DNA of 64,000 nucleotides from Escherichia coli (GTDB taxonomy: Bacteria; Pseudomonadota; Gammaproteobacteria; Enterobacterales; Enterobacteriaceae). Shown piece after piece: positions 1 through 15,541 of this stretch; position 1 is the stretch's first letter; each line of letters begins with the position of its first letter. Position numbers and translations under genes: made by a program. The DNA lies in NCBI RefSeq assembly GCF_046105845.1, contig NZ_CP151004.1, one strand, 5' to 3'. The notes beneath the pieces are model-generated. The model saw nothing but the letters and a program-made list of their open reading frames with translations. It was not told the DNA's origin and did no database searches.

Positions 1-342
1 CCACTGCTGCCTCTCAAATTGCGGAGCTTCGCCGAAGAGATCCAGACCGATCTCCCCCACCGCCACCACCTTCGCCGGACGCCTTTCCAGCGCCTGCTGT
101 AGCTGATCAAGAGACACATCGCTATGTTTTTCCAACATACCAGGATGCAAGCCCAATGCGGCATACAGCGGTTGATATTTTTCCGCTAACGCCTGCACGC
201 GGGCAAAATTTTCCGCCTCGGTTGCCGGAACAATGATCTTGCCTACGCCCGCTTGTGCCGCGCGTTGCAGGCTGGCCTCTTCATCGCCACTAAACGGCGG
301 GAAATCAAAATGGCAGTGGGTGTCGATAAAACGGCAAATCAA
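1..342 (-). CDS. yjjV: TatD-family DNase YjjV, N-terminal part only (gene runs off the window start)
   Basis: Minus-strand translation from TTG at 340-342 reads LICRFIDTHCHFDFPP, the TatD metal-binding N-terminus; start overlaps the yjjU stop as in the E. coli yjjU-yjjV pair. Confidence 0.8.
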   Translation of the reverse strand, partial: MICRFIDTHCHFDFPPFSGDEEASLQRAAQAGVGKIIVPATEAENFARVQALAEKYQPLYAALGLHPGMLEKHSDVSLDQLQQALERRPAKVVAVGEIGLDLFGEAPQFERQQW

Positions 343-1412
343 GCCAGATCCTCATTGTTAAATGTCGGGTCGTTCGCCTGCGGAGCATCGCTCACTTCGG
401 CAACCAGCGTATCGTTGGCGACTGGCGCAGGCGGAATAACGATCGATTCCGGCGTCACCACTGGCACCAGATGGCGGGTAAGCGGCGCTTTTTCAGTCAA
501 TAATTTACCGACCGTGGCGAGGAAATAACGACCGCATAAACGCCCAAGTTTATAGTCTTCACGCAGCGCCGGAATCCGACTGCCAAGCGCGATACTATGT
601 AATGGCTTCGGCGGATAAATTTCGAATATCCGCAGCTTGCCCGGTGGTTTCTCAATAAATTGCTGAATGTCACGATAGCTGGTTTCATGATGCTGCACCA
701 GATTGACCAGCGGCTGCAGGCTACTGTCACCCAGCCAGCGTTCCATGCGTTTGAACCACTGCGGCGTGTAGTACATTTGTGACGGCACAGTGCGGATGAC
801 GACCAACGTTTTAGCGCCCTGCCTTGCCGCCTCTTTAACCGGAATCGCATCACTGATCCCGCCATCCAGGTAGTTAATGCCTTCCAGCGACACTCCGCTA
901 CGATAAAAGCCAGGTATCGCACTGGAGGCGCGAATCACATCCAGCCAGTTTTGTTTGGTTGGTAAAAAGTAATTCGGCGCGTAGTCATCCTGACGACAGG
1001 CGCACATATAAAACGATTTGCCGCTGTCAAACAACCGCGCAGCGGTATCCATTTGCAACGGCATCTGGCTTGCAGTGGCCTCCACCAGCCAGTCGAGATC
1101 GATAAGATTTCCTCCACGGACAAAGCGCAATGGATCGAAAAATTCGCGTTTTGTGGTATAGCGCATGATGACTTTGCGCGCGTAACCGGGCTGATTGCAG
1201 ATATACGCCGAGAGGTTCTGCGCCCCGGCAGATGTGCCAAGATAAAGATCGAAAGGATTAAACTGCGCGCGCATAAACTCATCCAGCACGCCAGCCGTGA
1301 AAATTCCACGCTGTCCGCCGCCTTCGCACACCAGAGCTATTCGTCCAGGCTGGAACGGCCTTAGCGACAACGGCGCAATATTACCAAGCGTTACAGGTAT
1401 TCGCTGCCCCAC
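339..1412 (-). CDS. yjjU: patatin-like phospholipase YjjU
   Basis: ORF 339-1448; GGGQRG and GTSAG patatin motifs; probable GTG start at 1412 (357 aa), matching remembered E. coli YjjU. Confidence 0.9.
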   Translation of the reverse strand: MGQRIPVTLGNIAPLSLRPFQPGRIALVCEGGGQRGIFTAGVLDEFMRAQFNPFDLYLGTSAGAQNLSAYICNQPGYARKVIMRYTTKREFFDPLRFVRGGNLIDLDWLVEATASQMPLQMDTAARLFDSGKSFYMCACRQDDYAPNYFLPTKQNWLDVIRASSAIPGFYRSGVSLEGINYLDGGISDAIPVKEAARQGAKTLVVIRTVPSQMYYTPQWFKRMERWLGDSSLQPLVNLVQHHETSYRDIQQFIEKPPGKLRIFEIYPPKPLHSIALGSRIPALREDYKLGRLCGRYFLATVGKLLTEKAPLTRHLVPVVTPESIVIPPAPVANDTLVAEVSDAPQANDPTFNNEDLA

Positions 1413-1533
1413 CTCTGCCTTCCTGTTTTTGTTGTGAAAGAATGACAAAGTAACGCAATTTATTATTCGCTAAAACCGCAAAAGCCAGTCCGCTGGACTG
1501 GCTTTGGATAAAATTTTCTTAATGGTCTGAAAT

Positions 1534-1695
1534 CTAGGGTCGTTTTCGGCCCATGAACAAACTCACCAGGAACAGAATAATCCCGACGACAAAGACAATT
1601 TTAGCTGCGCCTGCAGCGGTACCGGCCAGACCACCAAACCCAAGTGCGGCGGCGATTAACGCGATAACCAGAAATATGATGCCCCAACGAAACAT
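1534..1695 (-). CDS. ytjA: small membrane protein YtjA (DUF1328/UPF0391)
   Basis: ORF 1534-1725; internal start [22 protein letters not shown] gives the 53-aa two-helix protein. Confidence 0.85.
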
Positions 1696-1821
1696 AAGCG
1701 TCTCCTTTACCATAGTTAATGTCACCGCTTGATATGAGCGTGAAAATCACTCAATGCGATATTTTTAGTGTGGTGCACATCGCGCCTCCCGACAAAGTTC
1801 GGGAGGACGAATTACGACGAA

Positions 1822-2427
1822 TTACTTAGTTTTCAGATCATTTTTAACGCTTTTCACACCATCTACCGCTTTGGCGATACTTTCAGCACGGTCGCTCTGT
1901 ACCTGGGAATCGACGGTACCGGAGAGCTGAACCACGCCGTCGGTGGTTTCAACTTTCACATGACGGGAAGGGACGATATCGTCCGCCAGCAGTTTGGCTT
2001 TGATTTCACTGGTGGTGGCGGTGTCACCCGCGTAGCCCTTCACAGAGCCTTCTTTAGCGTCGCGAACGTGCAGTTTGTCGCTGACAGAGGTCACGCCTTC
2101 AACGCCTTTGGCCACTTTCACTGCCTCTTCGGCCTGGGCCTGGCTTTCAACGAAACCGCTCAGGGTCACGACTTTTTGATCGGTTTTGACAGAGATATCG
2201 GTGCTCTTGATGTTGTCATGATCCACCAGGGCCGCCTTCACTTTCGCGGTGATGGCGCTGTCATCCATGAAATTACCGACTTTATTCATAGAGCTATCGA
2301 CTTTTTGCCCTGCGCTTTCATTGGTAGTCTGCGCGTTGTTTTCCGCGTAGGCAGAGCCGGTCGCGACGGCAGAGGTCAACATTACAGCCAGCAGAGTTTT
2401 CGAAATCTTCAGTCTTGTCATAGTCAT
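1822..2427 (-). CDS. osmY: osmotically inducible periplasmic protein OsmY (two BON domains)
   Basis: ORF 1822-2505; start [28 protein letters not shown] is a signal peptide, followed by the OsmY sequence (201 aa). Confidence 0.92.
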   Translation of the reverse strand: MTMTRLKISKTLLAVMLTSAVATGSAYAENNAQTTNESAGQKVDSSMNKVGNFMDDSAITAKVKAALVDHDNIKSTDISVKTDQKVVTLSGFVESQAQAEEAVKVAKGVEGVTSVSDKLHVRDAKEGSVKGYAGDTATTSEIKAKLLADDIVPSRHVKVETTDGVVQLSGTVDSQVQSDRAESIAKAVDGVKSVKNDLKTK

Positions 2428-2783
2428 CGATTTATTCCTGTATGTTTGCTCGTAATTTGAGCCTGGCAACACGAGGTTGCATTGCTGAATAGGGAGAGAC
2501 TTCACCCTCTACAGAAGTCAATGGTCGCCATCACAAAAGCGATGGGTGATGAATAACGACCATTACAGCCTCTGAATCAGTTATTAATATCGGTAGAATG
2601 ACAATCGACGGCTTTAGATACTGATATCTACGCATTGAACGATATTTAACGCCGTCAGAAATGTCATTACTTTGTTAAATATAGATCACAATTTTGAAAC
2701 CGCTCGGGATATCAGCTAAAACATAAGCAAAAGTGAATGTTTTAAGAACATTCCGTAAGCGGCTAATAAGGAAGGGAAATTGA

Positions 2784-2809
2784 CAGGGCGCAGCGGCTAC
2801 CGCGCCCTG
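2784..2809 (-). terminator. GC-rich hairpin immediately downstream of prfC
   Basis: Inverted repeat cagggcgc...gcgccctg with T/C-rich tract on the minus strand after the stem. Confidence 0.45.
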
Positions 2810-2819
2810 GAGGCAAGAA

Positions 2820-4406
2820 TTAATGCTCGCGGGTCTGGTGGAACTGAACGTCCGGATAACGTTCCTGCGCCAGGCGCAGGTTTACCATGCTGGTAGCGAT
2901 GTAAGCGAGGTTATCGCCGCCATCAAGCGCCAGTTGGCTTTCGTTCTTACGCTTGAACTCTTCGAATTTCTTCGCGTCCGCACATTCTACCCAGCGGGCA
3001 GTGGCAACGTTGACTGACTCATACACTGCTTCAACGTTGTATTCGCTCTTCAGGCGCGCTACCACCACATCAAACTGCAGCACACCAACCGCGCCAACGA
3101 TCAGATCGTTGTTGGAGATCGGACGGAACACCTGCACCGCGCCCTCTTCGGAAAGCTGTACCAGCCCTTTAAGCAGCTGTTTTTGCTTCAGCGGATCTTT
3201 CAGGCGGATACGACGGAACAGTTCTGGCGCGAAGTTCGGAATACCGGTGAACTTCATCATCTCACCCTGGGTAAAGGTGTCGCCGATCTGAATGGTGCCG
3301 TGGTTGTGCAGACCAAGGATATCGCCAGGATATGCTTCTTCAACGTGCGAACGGTCACCCGCCATAAAGGTCAGCGCGTCGGAGATCACCACATCTTTCG
3401 CAGTACGCACCTGGCGCAGCTTCATGCCTTTTTCATATTTACCGGACACCACACGCATAAACGCCACGCGGTCGCGGTGTTTCGGGTCCATGTTGGCCTG
3501 AATTTTAAATACGAAGCCGGTAAATTTGTCTTCGCTCGCCTCTACGGTACGGGTATCAGTCTGACGCGGCATCGGCGCAGGGGCCCACTCCACCAGGCCA
3601 TCCAGCATATGATCGACGCCGAAGTTACCCAGCGCAGTACCAAAGAATACCGGGGTGATTTCGCCCGCAAGGAACAATTCTTTGTCGAACTCGTTAGACG
3701 CGCCTTTCACCAGCTCCAGTTCATCACGCAGCTGCTGCGCCAGATCTTCACCAACCGCAGCGTCGAGATCCGGGTTATTCAGCCCTTTAACAATGCGGAC
3801 TTCCTGAATGGTGTGGCCTTTACCACTCTGATAAAGATAGGTTTCATCTTTATAAAGGTGATAAACGCCTTTAAACAGCTTGCCGCAGCCAATCGGCCAG
3901 GTGATCGGTGCACAGCCGATTTTCAGCTCGTTCTCAACTTCATCGAGCAGCTCCATCGGGTCGCGGATATCACGGTCAAGTTTGTTCATAAAGGTGAGGA
4001 TCGGCGTGTCGCGCAGACGGGTAACTTCCATCAGCTTACGGGTACGATCTTCAACACCTTTTGCGGCGTCGATAACCATCAGGCAGCAGTCCACCGCCGT
4101 CAGGGTACGATAGGTATCTTCCGAGAAGTCTTCGTGCCCCGGGGTGTCGAGCAGGTTAACCAGGCAATCGTGATACGGAAACTGCATCACAGACGTGGTA
4201 ATGGAGATCCCACGCTGCTTTTCCATCTCCATCCAGTCCGACTTAGCGTGCTGGTTGGAACCACGGCCTTTTACTGTACCGGCGGTCTGAATGGCCTGTC
4301 CGAACAGCAGCACCTTCTCGGTGATGGTAGTCTTACCGGCGTCCGGGTGAGAAATAATTGCAAAGGTTCTTCTTTTCGCTACCTCTGCGGCCAAAAGGCT
4401 TGTCAT
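2820..4406 (-). CDS. prfC: peptide chain release factor 3 (translational GTPase)
   Basis: ORF 2820-4433; AHAGKTT G1 motif ([10 protein letters not shown]), DTPGH, NKLD; probable start [13 protein letters not shown] at 4406. Confidence 0.93.
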
Positions 4407-4566
4407 AATTGTTGTCTCTTTGATTATGTACAATCATATGTACAAAGAAAAATTCATGCCGCTGATTGTACATTTTGGAGGTATCAGAGCATAGCAGAAC
4501 ATGATCAGTAGGTGTATTTGTAGCCAAAGAACATTTGTACATGCAGCAATCTTTGTTCTATTGACA

Positions 4567-4582
4567 CTGTTTATTCATACAG
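4567..4582 (+). promoter_or_regulatory. LexA box (CTGT-N8-ACAG) upstream of dinI-like gene
   Basis: ctgtttattcatacag read directly. Confidence 0.6.
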
Positions 4583-4594
4583 TTAAAAATAACA

Positions 4595-4610
4595 CTGTAT
4601 ACAAACACAG
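4595..4610 (+). promoter_or_regulatory. second LexA box (CTGT-N8-ACAG), ends 16 nt before the dinI-like ATG
   Basis: ctgtatacaaacacag read directly. Confidence 0.6.
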
Positions 4611-4625
4611 TGTAGAGGGATTTTT

Positions 4626-4874
4626 ATGCGTATTGAGATCTGCATAGCCAAAGAGAAAATGACTAAAATGCCAAACGGTGCTGTGGATGCGTTAAAGGAA
4701 GAATTAACTCGACGCATCAGTAAGCGTTATGACGATGTAGAGGTGATCGTAAAAGCCACCAGCAACGATGGCCTTTCTGTTACGCGCACCGCCGATAAAG
4801 ATTCAGCTAAAACTTTTGTTCAGGAAACTCTGAAAGATACCTGGGAGTCTGCTGACGAGTGGTTTGTTCACTAA
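4626..4874 (+). CDS. DinI-family protein, likely a prophage-end moron
   Basis: MRIEICIAK...[11 protein letters not shown] resembles DinI (MRIEV...TWESADDWF); two LexA boxes upstream. Confidence 0.8.
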   Translation: MRIEICIAKEKMTKMPNGAVDALKEELTRRISKRYDDVEVIVKATSNDGLSVTRTADKDSAKTFVQETLKDTWESADEWFVH

Positions 4875-5482
4875 TTAACACGTAAAATCGGTAACGGCTG
4901 GAAATCATTCAATACTCGCACTATCGGAAGTTCACCAGCCAACCGCAGCACGTTCTTGCATACGACGTGTCTGCGGTTTTTCAACCATTCAGATACAGCA
5001 CTCTCATAACATTCATTCTTCCGCATTAAAGTATATATGACCATATCACCTTAATATTTTTCTTCTTCAGATAAAAATTGTTATCTATGTATACTTTTAA
5101 ACCGAATCCGTGTAGAGTCTCTACCTAAGTTAGTTCGCAGCTCCCCCTTCAGTTTGCGCCATTAACCTCCTGACTTTTGCCGCTATCTGTAAGCATTCCT
5201 GTATACCTGAAACTACAGGGTTCATCTACGAACTTTAAGAACACCCAGGATAAAAATTGTCAACTATATTATATATAACACCATACTAATTCGAGGCTAT
5301 ATGAACAGCATACTGATAATCACTTCACTACTTATCATATTCAGCATTTTTGGTCATGCTCTAATAAAATTAGGGATTGGCATATCCAATAACCCGGACA
5401 AAACAGATGTATAAGTCAACATATCCTGAATCAGACATACAATATTGCAATGAAAACCAATAATATTTTAAGGAATATCTTC

Positions 5483-5716
5483 ATGAAATCAAAAGACACC
5501 CTAAAGTGGTTCCCTGCGCAGCTTCCTGAAGTCAGAATTATCCTGGGAGATGCTGTCGTGGAAGTAGCAAAACAGGGAAGACCTATCAATACCAGAACAT
5601 TGCTTGATTACATTGAAGGAAACATAAAGAAAAAGTCATGGCTGGATAACAAAGAATTATTACAAACAGCGATATCAGTTCTTAAAGACAACCAAAATTT
5701 AAATGGTAAAGTGTAA
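5483..5716 (+). CDS. YdfK/YnaE-like cold-shock-induced prophage protein
   Basis: MKSKDTLKWFPAQLPEVRIILGDAVVEVAKQG matches remembered Qin/Rac YdfK/YnaE; sits beside the pin gene as in Rac/Qin; AT-rich leader. Confidence 0.55.
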   Translation: MKSKDTLKWFPAQLPEVRIILGDAVVEVAKQGRPINTRTLLDYIEGNIKKKSWLDNKELLQTAISVLKDNQNLNGKV

Positions 5717-6095
5717 TACCCCCCCTGAAAAATAATTTTTCAATGCATTAAAAAAATATCAACAACTACGTTATTCCGCAACAACCTACTTTTTTTACCA
5801 TTTTTCCACTTTAACAACATTTTGCTCCACTTTTCCACGACCAAACAACTTAAAATCTGGTTGAAATAACATACAACACTATTATTCGTCTTCCTCGAGT
5901 CCGCCCGGAGTTCGAAAAACAAACCGAGTTAAAGCCATTTTTCAAAAAATCGATTTTTGGTTACACCAAAATTACGGGACTGCATCCGAATTCGTTTATT
6001 TTCGAACGTATACATACAAATATGTACAATAATAAGCGAAATAATTTTTGGATATGCATTATGATATGTACACCAATTTCGTATAGAGTCTCACT

Positions 6096-6686
6096 ATGTC
6101 TCGAATTTTTGCTTACTGTCGGATATCAACGCTGGATCAGACCACCGAAAATCAACGCCGGGAAATCGAAAGTGCAGGTTTTAAAATCAAACCTCAGCAA
6201 ATAATCGAAGAACACATTAGCGGCTCAGCAGCAACCAGTGAGCGTCCTGGTTTTAACCGGTTGCTTGCTCGCCTGAAATGTGGTGATCAATTGATTGTGA
6301 CAAAACTGGATCGCCTTGGTTGTAATGCAATGGATATCAGGAAAACAGTGGAACAACTGACCGAAACAGGTATCAGAGTGCATTGCTTAGCATTGGGGGG
6401 CATTGACCTGACCAGTCCAACAGGAAAAATGATGATGCAAGTAATTTCAGCAGTCGCTGAATTTGAACGAGACCTTTTACTTGAACGCACTCATTCCGGG
6501 ATAGTAAGAGCCCGGGGCGCAGGGAAACGTTTTGGTCGACCACCTGTGTTAAATGAAGAACAGAAACAGGTGGTATTCGAACGGATTAAGTCAGGTGTAA
6601 GTATAAGTGCCATTGCCCGGGAATTCAAAACCTCGCGGCAAACCATTTTAAGAGCCAAAGCAAAACTTCAGACACCTGACATATAA
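6096..6686 (+). CDS. serine recombinase of the PinR/PinQ type
   Basis: 196 aa, [15 protein letters not shown] catalytic-serine N-terminus and C-terminal HTH; adjacent to tfa/stf as in Rac/Qin. Confidence 0.8.
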
Positions 6687-6783
6687 AAAATAATCTTGGT
6701 GTGAGATGCTTTACGTCTTCCAAGCCCCCTTCCTTGCCGTAAATGGAAAGATACATCTAATTATAGAATTTATATGTTTTACC

Positions 6784-7359
6784 CTACGGCAGTGCTGGCC
6801 ATTCAATATCCTGTGCAGTTGACGTATCAACACGGTTCAGCAATACCCGATACTTTTTCCATGCTTCCAGCAACGAGATTTCTTCCTCCGTTGCAATTTC
6901 CAGATCTGCAGCATCCTGAAGCGGCGCAATATGCTCACTGGCTACCTGCATCAGGCTGTTTTTTGTTTCTTCCGCCTCCCGGATCCGGAACAGTTTTTCT
7001 GCTTCTGCATCTTTCACCCAGGCTGTGCCGTTCCACTTCTGAAACTCCCCTTCCGGCGATAACCAGGTAACATTTTCCGGTAACGGACCGAGTTCAGAAA
7101 TAAATAACGCGTCCCCTGACGCTACGTCATAAACCGTTTTACCCCGATGGTCTTCAACGAGATGCCACGATGCCTCATCACTGTTGAAAACAGCCACGAA
7201 GCCTGCCGGAATATCTGGCGGTGCAATATCGGTACTGTTTGCTGGCAGACCTGTATGAGGCGGAATATATGCGTCACCTTCACCAATAAATTCATTAGTT
7301 CCGGCCAGCAGATTATAAATTTTTATGGTCCGTGGTTGTTCACTCATTCTGAATGCCAT
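6784..7359 (-). CDS. tail fibre assembly protein
   Basis: 191 aa; Tfa-like sequence ending DIEWPALP; directly downstream of stf. Confidence 0.85.
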   Translation of the reverse strand: MAFRMSEQPRTIKIYNLLAGTNEFIGEGDAYIPPHTGLPANSTDIAPPDIPAGFVAVFNSDEASWHLVEDHRGKTVYDVASGDALFISELGPLPENVTWLSPEGEFQKWNGTAWVKDAEAEKLFRIREAEETKNSLMQVASEHIAPLQDAADLEIATEEEISLLEAWKKYRVLLNRVDTSTAQDIEWPALP

Positions 7360-10300
7360 TATGCAAGCCTCACAATGTAGTTAAATGCGATGTTTTTGAC
7401 GGTGTTTTCCGCGTTACCAGCAGCGTTAACGGTGATAGTGTGTCCATGTGAGCCAATCGCAACAGAGTGCGTATGAGCACCAATACCGACAGTATGTGCG
7501 TGAGCACCTGCAGATGCGGCTGTGCCGCTAACACTATGAGTGTGCGCTCCTGCAGCACTTGTATTCACACTGGCCGCAGACACTACCTTATGTACTGACC
7601 CATTTTGTGACCACTGGCTGACTGCTGATGCGCCTGTGACACTATGAGTATGGTTTCCGGCACTTGCGGCTGTACCGCTCACACTGTGCGTATGCGCCCC
7701 GGTGTTATTCGTGGATTTAGTGCCGTAATCAAACGACGATGTGGTTTTCGTCCCCAAATCCGTACTGGATGCGCTGGCGCTGTGGGTGTGCGATTTAATG
7801 CCGTCCTGTTCCTGAGACAATACGGCCCGACCACTGGCAGGTTTGCCCTTAATCGTCCAGCTACGCATATCAGGGATCACGCCTGACGGATAAGCGGCTG
7901 CAAGTTTCGGGTATGCAGATTTGTCAAAAGTCTGCCCCTGCATCAGGGCATAACCAGACGGAACGGTATCTGATGGCCACGGGATTGGTGCGCCGACTGG
8001 GTAGCTTTCTGGTGGAAGATTTTTCGAGGTATAAACTTCTGCCCAGTCTTCCTCAAAACCATAGCCATCTCTTGAGGAACGGTAGAACAGACCTCCATTT
8101 CTGTAATGCGCCTTCATCTGCAGGGTCCGGCAACTTCCGACTCCGGTATAGAAGTTAACCAGAATATAGCTGTCGCCAGAGCGGGTGACATTGTAAGCGC
8201 CTGATTCGGCATTCCATGGAACGCCCCCATCCGCATCGGCATACGTATCCGTTGCTCTTCTGGCAAAAGCAGCCACATGCGCGGCGGTTAAAGTAATATC
8301 TTTGGAACCATCAAACTCAACACCAGAAACCCGTCTTGGCGTTTGCAGCTTTGTTGCTGTTAATGCATTACCGTTCAGACTTGCGGACAGTTTGGTTCCA
8401 ATAACCAGCTCGCCGGTTGCGTTATCAATAGCAAACGGTCTTAATGTATTCCAGCCACCATAAACATCACCTTGATTGGTAAGCAGCAGGTAAGTTTTAG
8501 CGCCATCATTACGCCATAATGCACCATACTCCCCACCTATCATTCGAATCTGATTACCACCACGCGCTACAATTTCGTCTGTGGCAAAAAGTTTTTTGCA
8601 CGACAAGTTATCGTTAACGATTAACGAATGAGACTCATAAAAACCACGCCCACTCTTAAAATCAAGGATAACGTCCGCCGCGATACATTCAGTCGCTGGA
8701 TTTGTTGCCCCAAACTTATAGGTCGTATCATTAACAACGAGATCAGCACCAGGTGCGGATATTGACAGGCCATCTTCGATAAACGCAAAAACAGGGAAAG
8801 CAGCGCCATCAACATAGAACACAGAGCGCAAATCATCGCCCTTATTACTCATCATTATTGAGTGGATGGCTCGTTCATTGTTTTGATATTGCCAGAACAT
8901 TCCATAAGCATAACGCCCCCTGTCAGTCCAGCCACCAGGCATAACAAATCCGTTAAACTCGCAGTTATTCATCGGATCGCCTGCGGTTCGCGTTGCCGTG
9001 GTGATAATGACCCTTGATGCCAGTTCGCTTACTGAGCCAGCAGAACGCATAACAACAACAGGGTAATATTTTCCAGATGTTGCACCTGCAGGAGCGTTAA
9101 CCCGCACATAACGCATACCACGCTTATCAGCAAAGTCTGTTTTACTGACCGCGTTAATGTTGTTCAGGAAGCGTCCCTTATCGGGTATATCAGCGCCGTT
9201 CTGGTCTTTCTGCAGACGTTTCTCTGCATTGTCATAGGCTGATTTTACTGCCTTTGGCGTTGCCGCCAGCGTTTCAGACGTACTGTTGGTCGCACTGCTG
9301 AGCTGTACTATCCCCTTTTTCGTCGTGCTCGCATCCTCAAGCGCCACGGCGGATGCAATATCCTCTGCCCGTTTTGCCGCTGTCTCAGCGCGCGTTGCTG
9401 CAGATTCCGCCGTACTTTTGCTCTGAGCTGCTGCCGTCGCACTACCAGCAGCCTCTGTCGCCTTCGTGGATGCCGTCGTGGCGCTGCCCTTCGCTGCTGA
9501 CGCCTGTCTGGTCGCCTCATCTTTTGAAGCAGACGCCGATGAGGCCGATGACGCCGCCGAACTGGCGGACGATGCCGCTGCCGTTTTTGAGGATTCTGCA
9601 CGGGTTTCCGACGCTTTCGCGTTCGTTTCGGATGTCTTCGCTGCGGAAGCTGACCTCGCTGCTGCCGTGGCCTGCTCAGTGGCTTCGCCAGCCTTCGTTG
9701 TGGCTGTTGAAGCGGATGATGCGGCGCTTTCTGCCGATTTTCCGGCGGCGGTGGCACTGACTGAGGCCTGCCCGGCACTTGTTGACGCGGCACTGGCAGA
9801 CGACGCAGCCGCTGTTTTTGAGCCTGCCGCAGCTGAGGCGCTCTGTCCCGCTGCCGTCTCAGAAGACCTGGCGTTCGTCTCGGACGTTTTTGCCGCCTTC
9901 GCGGAATTTCCTGCCGCCGTTGCCGAGGAAGCTGCGCTGCTGGCGCTCGAGGCTGCGTTCGTTTCTGATGATTTTGCCGCCTCTTTTGAAGCCGACGCAT
10001 CCCGTGCTGAAGTGGCTGCTTCTGACGCTTTCGTGGTCGCGGTGGATGCAGAAGTGGCTGCTGATTGTTGTGACGCTGCCGCATTCGTTTCTGACGTTTT
10101 CGCCGCACCGGCACTGGTAGCCGCCGCGCTTTTTGAGGACTCTGCAGCGGCAGCACTTTTTGATGCTTCAGTGGCCTTTGCTGATGCCGTTCCTGCGCTG
10201 GAAGACGCTGACTGAGCCGACGACGCGGCCTGTCCGGCTGACGTGCTGGCTGCGCGTGCTGAGCCTGCAGCATCAGTCGCATGGGTTGCCGCCTCACGGG

Positions 10301-10712
10301 CTGATGTGCTGGCATTGCTGGCTGACTTCTTCGCGGCTGCTGTGTTCTGTGCCACCGCGGACGCGTTACGCGCCACCTCTTCCACCATCAGTTCAAAACG
10401 TCGCAGTGCCTCCGGACGGGTATCATCCTCCGTCATGGCACCGAGAAAATCATTCAGCGTACCGGGTTGAGAATCTTCATACACGGTGATGGTCCCGGCA
10501 TGTGACGGCGGGAATCCCTCCACCAACAGAATAACGCTGTACTGACCGTACTCAACGTCCATACTGTAACGCCCGGCTTCATCCGGATTTTCTGAGGCCA
10601 GCGTGTTCACCACCACAGTGGTACTGTTACGTTTTGCTTTCAGCTGGATTGTGCAGTTCTGTACCGGTTTTCCTGTGCCGTCTTTCAGTACACCTGAAAT
10701 CTTTACTGCCAT
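7359..10712 (-). CDS. side tail fibre protein, StfR-like
   Basis: [28 protein letters not shown]-terminus, long Ala/Ser/Thr-rich central region, C-terminus HTHS repeats and [11 protein letters not shown]. Confidence 0.85.
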   Translation of the reverse strand: MAVKISGVLKDGTGKPVQNCTIQLKAKRNSTTVVVNTLASENPDEAGRYSMDVEYGQYSVILLVEGFPPSHAGTITVYEDSQPGTLNDFLGAMTEDDTRPEALRRFELMVEEVARNASAVAQNTAAAKKSASNASTSAREAATHATDAAGSARAASTSAGQAASSAQSASSSAGTASAKATEASKSAAAAESSKSAAATSAGAAKTSETNAAASQQSAATSASTATTKASEAATSARDASASKEAAKSSETNAASSASSAASSATAAGNSAKAAKTSETNARSSETAAGQSASAAAGSKTAAASSASAASTSAGQASVSATAAGKSAESAASSASTATTKAGEATEQATAAARSASAAKTSETNAKASETRAESSKTAAASSASSAASSASSASASKDEATRQASAAKGSATTASTKATEAAGSATAAAQSKSTAESAATRAETAAKRAEDIASAVALEDASTTKKGIVQLSSATNSTSETLAATPKAVKSAYDNAEKRLQKDQNGADIPDKGRFLNNINAVSKTDFADKRGMRYVRVNAPAGATSGKYYPVVVMRSAGSVSELASRVIITTATRTAGDPMNNCEFNGFVMPGGWTDRGRYAYGMFWQYQNNERAIHSIMMSNKGDDLRSVFYVDGAAFPVFAFIEDGLSISAPGADLVVNDTTYKFGATNPATECIAADVILDFKSGRGFYESHSLIVNDNLSCKKLFATDEIVARGGNQIRMIGGEYGALWRNDGAKTYLLLTNQGDVYGGWNTLRPFAIDNATGELVIGTKLSASLNGNALTATKLQTPRRVSGVEFDGSKDITLTAAHVAAFARRATDTYADADGGVPWNAESGAYNVTRSGDSYILVNFYTGVGSCRTLQMKAHYRNGGLFYRSSRDGYGFEEDWAEVYTSKNLPPESYPVGAPIPWPSDTVPSGYALMQGQTFDKSAYPKLAAAYPSGVIPDMRSWTIKGKPASGRAVLSQEQDGIKSHTHSASASSTDLGTKTTSSFDYGTKSTNNTGAHTHSVSGTAASAGNHTHSVTGASAVSQWSQNGSVHKVVSAASVNTSAAGAHTHSVSGTAASAGAHAHTVGIGAHTHSVAIGSHGHTITVNAAGNAENTVKNIAFNYIVRLA
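9300..10370 (-). repeat. low-complexity Ala/Ser/Thr-rich coding repeats inside stf
   Basis: Reiterated [14 protein letters not shown] peptide units in the translation; produces artefactual long ORFs in the other frames. Confidence 0.7.
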
Positions 10713-10776
10713 ATTCACCCCACAAAAAAGCCCGCCTGAACCGGCGGGCTGTCATAACACTGTGTTACCTGGCTAA

Positions 10777-11376
10777 TCAGAATTTATAACCGACACCCAC
10801 GATGAAACCGTCAGTGCGCCAGTCACCACTGCCGGAGCCTTCATAAGCAATATCAATGGCCACGGATTCGGTCGGGTTAAACTGCACGCCAGCCCCCCAC
10901 GCCAGAGACGTGTTGCTGTGGCGACCGTCATCACTTCCGGTCAGCACATCGTGCGTTTTCCCCTTGTTGTCAGTTACGCGGAGATAATCCCCGGAGAAAG
11001 TCGACACACGGCTGTAAGCCACACCCGCCATCGCATACGCGCTGAACCATTCATTCACGCGTACAGACGGCCCCGCCATCACGCTGAACCAGCGGTTACG
11101 CACTGAATCTTCATGCCAGCGGGTATCGCTGTAACGGGTAAGCTGGCGATTCTTGTCTCCTGCATAGCTGAATGACGTCACCAGCCCCAGTGTGTCCGTA
11201 AACTCATAACGGTATTTCACGTTAATCCCGTTCAGATCATCGCTGCCGGAAACGTTCGTCGAGGCATGAAGATAGCCCGCGCTCAGCGTGGACTGATGTT
11301 CAGACGCCCATGCAGGCGCACCGGATACGGCCAGACAGATGGCTGCGGACAAAATGGTGGCATAAAGTTTACGCAT
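10777..11376 (-). CDS. lom: Lom/Ail/PagC-family outer-membrane beta-barrel protein
   Basis: Signal peptide [24 protein letters not shown], ends GYKF; lambda-like position between J and stf. Confidence 0.85.
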   Translation of the reverse strand: MRKLYATILSAAICLAVSGAPAWASEHQSTLSAGYLHASTNVSGSDDLNGINVKYRYEFTDTLGLVTSFSYAGDKNRQLTRYSDTRWHEDSVRNRWFSVMAGPSVRVNEWFSAYAMAGVAYSRVSTFSGDYLRVTDNKGKTHDVLTGSDDGRHSNTSLAWGAGVQFNPTESVAIDIAYEGSGSGDWRTDGFIVGVGYKF

Positions 11377-11442
11377 AATTACCTCTCGCTTTTCTGCAAT
11401 AAAAAAGGCGTCATTTCTGACGCCCGTTATGGGTTATAAAAT

Positions 11443-15203
<3,761 letters not shown>

Positions 15204-15232
<29 letters not shown>

Positions 15233-15533
15233 AACGCACACCTCCGGAAATACCTTCCCCAAGATGCATCAGTTCTTCGTCCGTTCGCTCCGGTATCCCG
15301 TTCTCTTCCGGTAAAAGGCTGAAATCAGCCACCGCAGCATCACTGCTACCGGACACCATTCTCACGATCAATGCCTTCAGCGAGGCAAACTGCGCATCCA
15401 TCCACACATCACTGAAGCTCTGCATCCGGAAATAATCGCCCCACTCACCAAGCTCAGTGGCCGACATTTCCGACAGCATCCGCCGCCAGTCTGCCCGTCG
15501 GAACTCCCGGGCAAGCCGCATGACAAACTGCAT
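15204..15533 (-). CDS. tail assembly chaperone T-like frame (expected as a G-T fusion)
   Basis: -1 frame ORF overlapping the end of the G-like gene, lambda G/T arrangement. Confidence 0.6.
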
Positions 15534-15541
15534 TTCCCGCG

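Noticed and set aside
1785-1806. GC-rich hairpin (cctcccg...cgggagg) downstream of osmY as an intrinsic terminator
   Set aside because: No U-tract follows the stem on either strand
3183-4511. 442-aa plus-strand ORF antisense to prfC
   Set aside because: Fully overlaps the well-supported prfC gene on the other strand; no motifs
5109-6092. Short shared motif cgt(g/a)tagagtctc at 5109-5121 and 6080-6092
   Set aside because: Too short and imperfect to call as att or operator repeats; may be chance in AT-rich DNA
6687-6790. Possible second invertible segment next to the PinR-like recombinase and tfa/stf
   Set aside because: No inverted crossover-site repeats comparable to the 26-bp sites of the 186-like switch were found flanking tfa/stf
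9308-10315. 335-aa Arg/Gln/Pro-rich ORF and other long ORFs (9353-9760, 9466-10215, 9779-10120) overlapping stf
   Set aside because: Alternative-frame readings of the Ala/Ser repeat DNA; no start context or independent signal; the stf frame is the supported one
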